Source of the DNA: an uncultured virus (IMG/VR IMGVR_UViG_3300013114_000208)
Lineage: Duplodnaviria > Heunggongvirae > Uroviricota > Caudoviricetes
Reading direction: 5' to 3' (one strand)
IMG/VR virus record: IMGVR_UViG_3300013114_000208
Location: 1-64,000 of that record
Length of the DNA stretch: 64,000 nucleotides
The notes below the pieces were generated by a model. That model saw nothing but the letters and a program-made list of their open reading frames with translations, was not told the origin of the DNA and made no database searches. Shown here piece after piece: positions 57,301 to 64,000 of the stretch (its first letter is position 1; every line of letters begins with the position of its first letter). The position numbers and the translations under genes are program-made.

Positions 57301-60300
57301 TTGAGCTTGAAGGTGATCCAATTGTAATCATTGTCGCAGTATTATTAAATTTAATATGCTCACCATAAAAAGCATTTTGCGGACCATCTGGATGGCGCAA
57401 TGCTGATTTATATGTGTATAGTGTTAAGCCTAATGCTGTAAACACTGTCCCGCCGTTTGTTGTGCCTGCACGTATTGTAAGTTTTGCGTTAGCATCTGTT
57501 TTTGTGCTAACAATTTTTAACTTGTTATCACTTGTTGCGGATGCTGTTATATGTGGTATTGCTTTAGCAGTAATATCACTTACTACATTAGATAGTGCTG
57601 TACCAGTAAATGTTACTTCTTGATCATTAATAACAAGTTTATCACCAATGCTTACAGTTGGATTAGCAACTGTGCCAGTTATTGTACCAGTATGTTTTGT
57701 ATTGTCGATCCAGCATTCAACTTGGCCGGCGTTGATAGCATCCGTAGTTATTTCTTTTATTACTAGAAAGTCAGTGCCTGGTGAACCAATAGCAACTATA
57801 TGACCATCTACACCACATTCTACTTCCTTACCAAAATTTTCATTAGTACTAGATATATTACTTTTAATATCTTGTATTTTAAAATATGTGTCTGTTGGTG
57901 TTTTACTCCAAACTTCAGTTGCACCTGCAGATAATGCTGTACCATCTGCTTTGTTTGGTTGACCAATAAATGCAATAGTACCATCGTCACTTAATGCAAC
58001 ACTACGGCCAAAGTCTGTACCTGATGCGCCAGTAAATGTTTTGATTGCACTATAATAATTTCCTTTTCTTACATGGATATTATTAGTACCACTTGGTGGT
58101 ATTGAAGCGGCTACAAATGTAATTTGTGTAGCACTTAATGTATAGTCTAATGTTTCAATTTTAATTTGGCCATCTACAATTACAGTTAGTTCATTACTAT
58201 TACTAAATGATGTTGAAGAGAAAGTAAAAACATTAGTTGAACCATCGCCATTGAAGTATTCATTACTTGCTGTAACACCTGTTCCTAATTTATACATATA
58301 TGCTTTTAGTTCACCTGGAGCTCCTACTAATACATACGTGCCGCTTTTACTTACAGCAATATCATAACCAAAATACCCATTTGTTGTGGGACTTGGTGAA
58401 CGCATAATGTCAAATGGTTCATATGTTTTGTCTGTTTTCTTTTTAAGCACAATAGCATAACCTTGTCCGCTATTACTATTTGGCGCACTTGTTACTACAT
58501 AGTCATCGTCAACTGCCATATCAAATTGCCAGCCTGCCCAACCACTATTCTTTAATTTACTACCATCCACAACAGTATTGCTATATGTGAACTCTCCAGG
58601 CGTTAATGCAATTGTTTGTGCATTACTACCACCTGGATCTACTGGCACTGTGTCTGTTTCTAATGTTGGTATCTCTTTAAATGTTGGTCCAATAATGTAA
58701 GGATATACTGGAACGCCAGCACTAGTAATTGTTAAGAAGTAAGCATAAGTTCCATCAGGATAATCTGGCGTTACACAGTAACGACCATTGTGCTTGTCTA
58801 ATGTTCCTACAGCAGAATTAAACTGATAGTCATTTATAAATGTACCTGCAGGGTATTCTGTGTATGTATAACCACGTCCAGATACTGGATCTGTGTGTTT
58901 TTGGTATGCTGATGTCATACGCAGTGGCGTGGTTGTTGAATCAGTGGCAGTTTGGTAGCCGAATGGGCCATAGATTGGATAACCATCATATGCATAGCCT
59001 AGGATTTTGGAATGACCGTCAGTGTGCCTCCAGTGATCACCACTATAATTGGTGCCTTGATAATATGTATTTGCTTGATATACATGGTAATCCCATTGGC
59101 TTAAAAATTTGCCGCTGTGGTAATGGTACTGATTATCTTCTTGTGGATGCCCATGTGATGCATCCATACCAACTGCCGTTGCGTTCTCTACAGCGTTCCA
59201 TTCAAATCCTGTTGGGGCAACGCCCTTGGCTGGACCATTGTCGTTTGGTAATGTTGCTGTTGCTGAAGGACTTGCTATTACAACACCGTTAGCCATTATG
59301 CCAATACCACCGAGTGGTACTGCTACTTGTGGTGCCGCTGTAGTATTTGTTCCTACACGAGTTTTAAATGTATGTTTATAGTTGCGTGTTACAACTCTAT
59401 TTGGATTCTTTCCGTCTGTTGTAGGAAATGTTCCAAATGGTGCTGGGTGTGGTAAACCATCACTTTCTACTGTTAGTAAGTAACCTGAAGTATTTAATGT
59501 GCCTGCTGTCTTTGAAGTGATATCACTTACAAATATACTTTTAACATCAAACACTGTAGCAACATCACGTGTCCATTGCTCAATGCTACCTGCTGATGTT
59601 GTATCATATACTGACCCAACTAATATTGTTGACAAGTCTTTATTGCCTGCAACGCCTTGTCCAAATCCTGTATTGGTTGCTTTACCGTTAGGATATAATT
59701 CTTTTCCTAATGTATAAGGATCTTTCTTTTCAAGTACTGCCCATTTGTTAGTGCTATTATGATTATCAATCCAAGCATAATCACCATCTTCCCACCCGTG
59801 CGTTGGTTCTGTTCTATTAACTAGTGCCGAAGTAGTTGCATACCTAGCACTTTCTAGCTTTAAAAATTCACCACGTGTACTAGTTTCATTTAAAGATAAA
59901 GTTTCAAATGATGCAGATAGATCCAAATCGGCATATAATTCTAATACATTGAGTCCATCGCTAGTAAAATTAGTTTTAACTTTGTAAACCCCGCTCCAGT
60001 CTATTGCAGGGATAGTACTATCAACAAATCTTCGTAAAATTATAATCTCATTTACTAATATAGAATCTACAGGATTTTTAAATGTTACTTTAATAGTATT
60101 TGCAATCGTATCTCCTGTTATAGATATAGGATTATTTTTAGTACTTGTTATTCTATATACATTCCAGTCATTTGAATTTTCTGCGTATGTTGGTGGATAT
60201 GTAGCAGAATTTGCAACCCACATTTTATCACCTACATTTAGAGAATTTAAATACTCGCTTTTTTCAGTAAGTTTTATAGATTCATCAACACCAGTTACTA

Positions 60301-63300
60301 TCCAAGTACCAGTTTTATATGAGGTAGGAATAGTATTAATTCCAGTAAATTTAACTACCATACCATTTGTTAGTGTTGTGATTATACCTTCTGTTGAAGT
60401 ATAAGAAGTTTTACCTATTAGTTGTGTATCAATATTGATATTTTCAGTAATGTCTACCGTATTGTTAGGTACCCAATTTTCTAGACTTAATACTTTGTGC
60501 TGTACGTCATCTAAACGTGCGTAACCAGCATCAGGCAAATAATCTCTTGTGCTAATATCCTCTGCTAAATTTTTAAATACATTTTTGTTAAACTGTCTTG
60601 GTTCAAGTGGTTTTTGATATAAGTCACTTGGCCTATGTGTAATATTTGTATTTTTATATTGTTCAGCAGTATTAATAATCTCAATTAGTTCTGGATTATC
60701 TGTAAATTCATTTTCTTTTAGTTTAAATTCAATTACTTGTGAACTTGCTACAGAACCGTACTCACCAACTCTAAATGCCCACTCTTCGTATAAGTTAAGT
60801 GTGCTATCTATTGCTGGTAGTTTTGCTCTTAATAATTTATTAGTAATAGATGATGTGCCTTTCTCTTTAATAAATCCTTGATAGAATTTCTTTTGAGCTA
60901 TATCACCAATTTGTAAATTTTCTAAATATTTTCTATTTTGAAAACCTATCAAATTAGATGCCAATGTATCAGTTTCTATAATTCTTCCATCATCTTCAAT
61001 TTCATAATAACCTCTAAAGTTGTCTGCTTTAGAGTCTAGGTTAGTTAATAAGCCACCATTAACCCGATCTAATAATTTCCATTTACTAAAGTCAAATTTT
61101 CCAAGTTCTGTTAAATCATTTGGGTCATGATTAAATTTACTAGCATAAAATTTATCTTTAAATTTTACTATTTCTCCAATTGGATAACTTTTATTAATGT
61201 CCCAATCATCAACGGTATCATCTAATAATACATAACCTGGTAACTGTTGTGTACCATCCCATAGTTCAGTTTTATAACCAACTAGTTTAATTCTATTTTG
61301 TCTACTACCAGTAAATAATGACCAAATAACATCCTTAAACACTGTTTCATTTTCAAGTATTAATAAATGTTCTGTTTGTATAGGATTAAATGTAGCCGCG
61401 TATATACCGTCAGTATTATCACTAACGGATAGTTGAAAATTATTGTCTATTCTACTATAAAATAAATTGTTTACTGAAATTCTATCTCTATTTTGATCTA
61501 TAACACTCGATGGTAACATATTATTTGACATTGTATCAATTTGTGCTGATACTAAATTCAATTTAATAGTATTTGCTCCAGCACTACACGTAATCATTGA
61601 TCCTATAGAAAAGTTATGCAAAGTCCAGAATAAAAATTCTTTTGCAGTATTTTTCCAATCTTCAATATAGTCAAACCCATTTGTTACATTATCAAATACA
61701 AAGCCAACACTTTCTAAATATCTTCCATAACTAATTAAAAAGTCATATACTTCTTGAACTGTTGTGTATTCTTTACCATATGGTATAGTTGCAACTGTTG
61801 TGCTATAGTCATCATATTGAGTTGCTGACACGCCACCAATTGTGGGTAATTTGGCAATGCGAGTAAGATTAGCCAAGTCATCACCGTCACCTGCTATAAA
61901 CGCAGTTTTAACTTGATAATAGATATCACCAGATTTAATATATTCATTAACAGAGTAAGATCGCCCAGTGATTAATTCTGAGCATTTAGGAGCATATCCT
62001 CCAACACTTACAGTTCGTCGTCTATTACTAGTAATAATACTTGGTAAAATTTTAAATGTTGGTTGTTTTTTATTATAACCATCTATTTTCCAACCACCCG
62101 TGCTTCTTGTAATAATTACGCCACTATAATTGATACTTTGGATAGGACTACTTTCCATTAAATGAAAATTGTAATCTTCTTGTGGTATAAAAATATCTGT
62201 TGTGGATTTAGAAGGAGATATTTGTTCTAGTATGATTTTTAATTTATCTTTATCAGCAAACCCCGACATCTTATATGCTAAATTAATACCCAAAGCATTT
62301 AATTGTTTATAAAATGTTGTTGTATTAAGACCTAAATATTTTGAATAATCTACTACCCAATTGTTATAACCTAATGTATAATCAACTGTTGAATCTGTAT
62401 TAATGTATGAATGTATCTTAGATACATTTGGTTTAATAGGTAAAGTAGTCGTTTTATCAACATAATGCCCCAACATGTTAGTGGTTATTTTACTTGTATC
62501 AAACATAAATTCACAATATTTTGCTGGTTTTGTTAAGGCTAGTAATATTTGAATTGCAAAAGGATAATAACTGCTTCGGCGCCATGCTGTTTCAACAGGG
62601 CCTTGGTGCCCAACTGAAAAGTTTCCTTGAATTTCTCCAGTCACAAGTCCAACTATACCAATACTTGTTGGTGATTTTAAATCGCCGGCCGCGTCAGTTG
62701 GTATAAAAGTAGCCACCAATCCAGGACGAGCATATTCAATATATGTGCCTGCTCTATCACCACTTACAATTTTACCTGCTTCTATATCTGTCCACAGCAC
62801 CAAGTTGTCTTTAGTGTATGGAGCAGGGCCGTAAGTTGTTTCCCACCAACTTGGTTTAATGCTAAATCCAAGCATTTCCCACGGATGAGTGTGTGGGCGA
62901 TCAGTATCATAAAAGTATTTGTAAATTGCTCTCCAATAACCTGGTAAAAATTCCGCATCACTTAAGGTATCTTTTATGTTTTTATAATTGTAAGTCCAAT
63001 CAGAACCAGAAACATAATAACTATTTTTAGTATAATCAACATTATTATTATTCGCCCATTGTGCTAATTCTATGGCTAATATGTTGTTTACAGTGTCTGT
63101 TGAGTATTGTGTTTTTCTAAAACGAGATGGTATTACACTATTAATATCTACTAGCTTAAAGTTATATACTGCTTTTATATTATTATAAATTCGTCTTTCT
63201 AACTCTAATAATAAATCATCTCTATAATCACTATATGCTGGTGTAATAGATCCATCATGTCCCTGTATTACGTCAATAGTAGTTGTGTATGTGTCATCAG

Positions 63301-64000
63301 AATATTTGCTTGGAACATATTTAGGATACAATCCTAATTTAGTTGGTGTTGGTGGAATAAAGTTACCACCAGTATTAGTGTATTCAACAAGTTTAATAAC
63401 ATCGTTTTCTGCCAATGTAATGTTACTTGTTAAAGTAACAAACGGTGTGGTAGTAGAAAAAGTATAGTCTTGATCTTTTAACAACATTACATCATTTTTA
63501 TAAACTAATACCGCTGTTTGTCCAGGGATTGTGTCATTATATGTTGTATTAAGTTCAAATTGTTTATTGTCAATATCAAATACTGTATATGATAATGTCG
63601 TAATGTCTGTTGAAAATGCTACCATATCACTATCAAAATATGGCATTGTGCTATTTTTTTCAGCTGCCATTGCTCGTAGTGTTTTGTCTAATCTATCTGA
63701 AGTGCTTGTAAAGTCTCCAATAGTTTTTGCTTTATTTAAAAATTGATTTTTAAATCTATTATATTCATTCGAAGCATGAGTTATTGAGTCAATTAAATTA
63801 TATGTTCCATTAGTTAACATATAACCTGCTTTGAGCAAACTGCCAGTATTTTGTATAATTTTAGTACCAAGTGTAGCAATATCGCCAATGTCTCGAATAT
63901 TATTACTACCTAACGTAGCACCGGAAAAGTCTAAACTATTTTCAATACAACTACTGATATGATCTCTAACTTGTCCTAATGTAAAATTAGTAGTAGTTGT
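51317..64000 (-). CDS. Giant multidomain virion protein (>4200 aa, baseplate wedge/hub-like), 5' truncated by window
   Basis: Frame stays open from 63838 to the window edge (checked codon by codon). Contains FG-GAP blades, a YHYH domain, GSGYTSAPTVTI repeats, GDGST..F/Y modules and a C-terminal GVIFINGERIEY…RRGTWGT. Confidence 0.88.
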   Translation of the reverse strand, partial: TTTTNFTLGQVRDHISSCIENSLDFSGATLGSNNIRDIGDIATLGTKIIQNTGSLLKAGYMLTNGTYNLIDSITHASNEYNRFKNQFLNKAKTIGDFTSTSDRLDKTLRAMAAEKNSTMPYFDSDMVAFSTDITTLSYTVFDIDNKQFELNTTYNDTIPGQTAVLVYKNDVMLLKDQDYTFSTTTPFVTLTSNITLAENDVIKLVEYTNTGGNFIPPTPTKLGLYPKYVPSKYSDDTYTTTIDVIQGHDGSITPAYSDYRDDLLLELERRIYNNIKAVYNFKLVDINSVIPSRFRKTQYSTDTVNNILAIELAQWANNNNVDYTKNSYYVSGSDWTYNYKNIKDTLSDAEFLPGYWRAIYKYFYDTDRPHTHPWEMLGFSIKPSWWETTYGPAPYTKDNLVLWTDIEAGKIVSGDRAGTYIEYARPGLVATFIPTDAAGDLKSPTSIGIVGLVTGEIQGNFSVGHQGPVETAWRRSSYYPFAIQILLALTKPAKYCEFMFDTSKITTNMLGHYVDKTTTLPIKPNVSKIHSYINTDSTVDYTLGYNNWVVDYSKYLGLNTTTFYKQLNALGINLAYKMSGFADKDKLKIILEQISPSKSTTDIFIPQEDYNFHLMESSPIQSINYSGVIITRSTGGWKIDGYNKKQPTFKILPSIITSNRRRTVSVGGYAPKCSELITGRSYSVNEYIKSGDIYYQVKTAFIAGDGDDLANLTRIAKLPTIGGVSATQYDDYSTTVATIPYGKEYTTVQEVYDFLISYGRYLESVGFVFDNVTNGFDYIEDWKNTAKEFLFWTLHNFSIGSMITCSAGANTIKLNLVSAQIDTMSNNMLPSSVIDQNRDRISVNNLFYSRIDNNFQLSVSDNTDGIYAATFNPIQTEHLLILENETVFKDVIWSLFTGSRQNRIKLVGYKTELWDGTQQLPGYVLLDDTVDDWDINKSYPIGEIVKFKDKFYASKFNHDPNDLTELGKFDFSKWKLLDRVNGGLLTNLDSKADNFRGYYEIEDDGRIIETDTLASNLIGFQNRKYLENLQIGDIAQKKFYQGFIKEKGTSSITNKLLRAKLPAIDSTLNLYEEWAFRVGEYGSVASSQVIEFKLKENEFTDNPELIEIINTAEQYKNTNITHRPSDLYQKPLEPRQFNKNVFKNLAEDISTRDYLPDAGYARLDDVQHKVLSLENWVPNNTVDITENINIDTQLIGKTSYTSTEGIITTLTNGMVVKFTGINTIPTSYKTGTWIVTGVDESIKLTEKSEYLNSLNVGDKMWVANSATYPPTYAENSNDWNVYRITSTKNNPISITGDTIANTIKVTFKNPVDSILVNEIIILRRFVDSTIPAIDWSGVYKVKTNFTSDGLNVLELYADLDLSASFETLSLNETSTRGEFLKLESARYATTSALVNRTEPTHGWEDGDYAWIDNHNSTNKWAVLEKKDPYTLGKELYPNGKATNTGFGQGVAGNKDLSTILVGSVYDTTSAGSIEQWTRDVATVFDVKSIFVSDITSKTAGTLNTSGYLLTVESDGLPHPAPFGTFPTTDGKNPNRVVTRNYKHTFKTRVGTNTTAAPQVAVPLGGIGIMANGVVIASPSATATLPNDNGPAKGVAPTGFEWNAVENATAVGMDASHGHPQEDNQYHYHSGKFLSQWDYHVYQANTYYQGTNYSGDHWRHTDGHSKILGYAYDGYPIYGPFGYQTATDSTTTPLRMTSAYQKHTDPVSGRGYTYTEYPAGTFINDYQFNSAVGTLDKHNGRYCVTPDYPDGTYAYFLTITSAGVPVYPYIIGPTFKEIPTLETDTVPVDPGGSNAQTIALTPGEFTYSNTVVDGSKLKNSGWAGWQFDMAVDDDYVVTSAPNSNSGQGYAIVLKKKTDKTYEPFDIMRSPSPTTNGYFGYDIAVSKSGTYVLVGAPGELKAYMYKLGTGVTASNEYFNGDGSTNVFTFSSTSFSNSNELTVIVDGQIKIETLDYTLSATQITFVAASIPPSGTNNIHVRKGNYYSAIKTFTGASGTDFGRSVALSDDGTIAFIGQPNKADGTALSAGATEVWSKTPTDTYFKIQDIKSNISSTNENFGKEVECGVDGHIVAIGSPGTDFLVIKEITTDAINAGQVECWIDNTKHTGTITGTVANPTVSIGDKLVINDQEVTFTGTALSNVVSDITAKAIPHITASATSDNKLKIVSTKTDANAKLTIRAGTTNGGTVFTALGLTLYTYKSALRHPDGPQNAFYGEHIKFNNTATMITIGSPSSSSEFELTLDGNLTKFDQQNTIITDVQPDSGSALIYDINTDLTYSLIQRVDWANRKKNDKFGTGLAMIGNTALIGAPGDDYFVEELKTADGVATAYAITGQFTTDNLEISMNGRTMLQAEFSSDNASPNSTVTFTTAPVATSAIVFKKYTQNTGSVLEATNTNNKVAWNSKRTQSDKIDIGAINKVITYDKSTNKFIDYIDYHDPIKGKIPGVADEEISFKTIYDPAVYNVTFNATVVNDLKNHWGPNEVGVLWWDLTNTKYIEYEQGELEYKRLNWGKLFPGTQINIYEWIESDSLPSTYVSLGGDGTPKFADDSAYVEYQKYNTSTNTLEPIYYYWVKNKTSVPEVSNAYLDANGQIKFAAHGKELELKSFIPAATRKLPAKTVATILTNPTAYGLKYIGIAAQNAFIGYNLQTGLTGENIILSIEYDTVKNDIPLHTEWQLVQKNNPLSKPNNYLITKLGDSLAGKDVSENLVPDTNVHVGSRYGIMEYPRQSMFIDRLGAIKVLVNFCNSVFTKHRMALDYSLIKISSADKAPTYGYGETVATYTELTYINTNTITDGYKVIVASDETRGNYWVTYQWSVSDNRWNLEKKQKYDTTKYWDYIDWYATGYDSNTIIDYTVATENDRAKLDTKLNDVVKVLNDGQSKWILYKNTSASTTDVYDIIGQENATIKFKTTLYTTTTPLAELRYIIDALNTQLFVSDLEVEFNKLWFELIHFILYDQNLQVDWAFKTSFVTINQTVRKLSELVNYSYDVQDSVRDFINEAKPYRTNIREYVYRYDYTELPQIGNTDFDLPGYYDTTDKLFRSPNVYEADDDARMLTAPWVDWKNHYTKKVVSVNVLTAGSGYATTATSTYDAVGYDITGYDHSATTASPPIVTISSGAQWKLGYTYDETKIPGAAGAQAVLVVPEHSPDTLWYYSGTEQGTTQWKDMGWKVTIKPKLATNESKTFAVTVVLDGTGKPDFYIDGTERPNLILYRGSTYTFTQTDVSNLGYGFFRFSAIEDGTHRDGSGATAVPVMKTPGLASVDSITVTNGGTGYVTTPIVTISGGSGSGATGYANLENYKVRDLKETIKFDRVDAPSHVKTIAVTAGGSGYTSAPTVTITNASGDTTGVGASAKAVITGGAVTAVIVEQEGTGYTAAPTISFTGGGGSSATATATVSYSSYNKLETAHEAAAKKHSDRLTLYYAGGQAGTGSTKTWDNKTADILTYDAVIADSGLQYKANKVTGATFDMEPGYDRASFSSSAFDDSEISPEGIAVISSVDTDLGGGDFSTTGGIDPADVVVDGDGFVTEYTSHAPEEQVPGRVFDTLDIKVYEMPSPRESGVTIKKHTFEGNGSTVTYDFTGKGGLPTNLEGIEVYVNNSLKKLTTDYTVSIRSNDITMVSPVPTGQLIHFVLIETGGDTVTSTKQDFYGDGSTTQYVVNVPYEYAQYLYVTVNGVENNPTWTATSYYKKTKLTFASAPPSGGRIRVHTFNKSGLTLTNAGSGYTSAPAVTFSGGGGSAAAATAVINAEGKVSGLIVTNAGTGYTSAPTVTIAGTATATATVTDGKIEAIRPFVKVESEEQTITVPGSPTWPASYTYTYGQDNFFDFGPDAAKVFVYLNNERLNPPDTEYYTGDGSTAVYACPSNPTIAYASVTDAMVQVHVDGVLKTLTTDYTFTGGTPPRDEITFAVGKVPAAGAEIAITVRNGQYWIPNDYQIILENGSGVSVTAGTIATGDKLFIQSFANQRYSKGKTIVIKGTSVATATSLEKYDAVIYDSSGYAGDVSVSISTPIYDISALENNSNYVWVWLNGVPQIANHDYYITGTKLVMTPLSGSILASDMITVSGMRQAEQRPGIAFRIWKDMFDKTSYYRIASANTTTLSTALAMTDIEINVTDATKLLTPVPTTATPGVIFINGERIEYWEIDGNKLKRIRRGTWGTGAHATHASASEVVDGSKQQLIPGSTVHTKVWYDQGTTPAAATNGLGLGMATGKEVTFLKEAPLSTPKVI

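Noticed and set aside
1..64000. tRNA, rRNA or CRISPR array
   Set aside because: No cloverleaf with a T-loop in the short intergenic gaps and no regularly spaced repeat-spacer array seen; tRNAscan-SE/Infernal would be needed to exclude them formally
1..64000. Stop-codon reassignment (seen in some jumbo phages)
   Set aside because: Recognisable genes are full length and tightly packed under code 11; TAA, TAG and TGA all serve as stops

Overview
64 kb of a large, AT-rich tailed-phage genome, most likely a jumbo myovirus. Its structural genes resemble RaK2/GAP32-type virion proteins (pattern recognition, no database search). It uses the standard genetic code, and no tRNA, rRNA, CRISPR array or integrase is visible. 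Layout: (1) 1-20.3 kb, mostly + strand. Early genes sit behind sigma70-like promoters carrying phased IHF-consensus boxes. This arm encodes an EndoII/DenA-like GIY-YIG nuclease, a PseT-like phosphatase, a wHTH protein, a MoxR AAA + VWA pair, an FG-GAP/beta-barrel secreted protein, a DNA methyltransferase, a PMM-like HAD enzyme, ThyX and a three-gene amino-sugar pathway. (2) 20.3-48.0 kb, a mostly tightly coupled - strand block headed by a perfect, apparently leaderless TTGACA-17-TATAAT promoter. It holds 8 radical-SAM/Twitch paralogs, 4 glycosyltransferase-fold proteins, a carbamoyltransferase, 4 SGNH-like proteins, a sulfotransferase-like protein and a host-like cassette (glutamine synthetase, rpmE, purC, purE, yqeY), plus a standalone Smr protein nearby. 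(3) 48.0-64 kb, virion structural genes behind TAAATA late-promoter motifs, including a >4200 aa protein with a YHYH domain inserted in an FG-GAP propeller. Most notable: the radical-SAM/glycan-tailoring supercluster; a 45-bp element present twice in inverted orientation 14.2 kb apart (26055-26100 and 40317-40363), next to a compositionally anomalous zone; and the IHF-box promoter family. All functional calls come from motifs read by eye.
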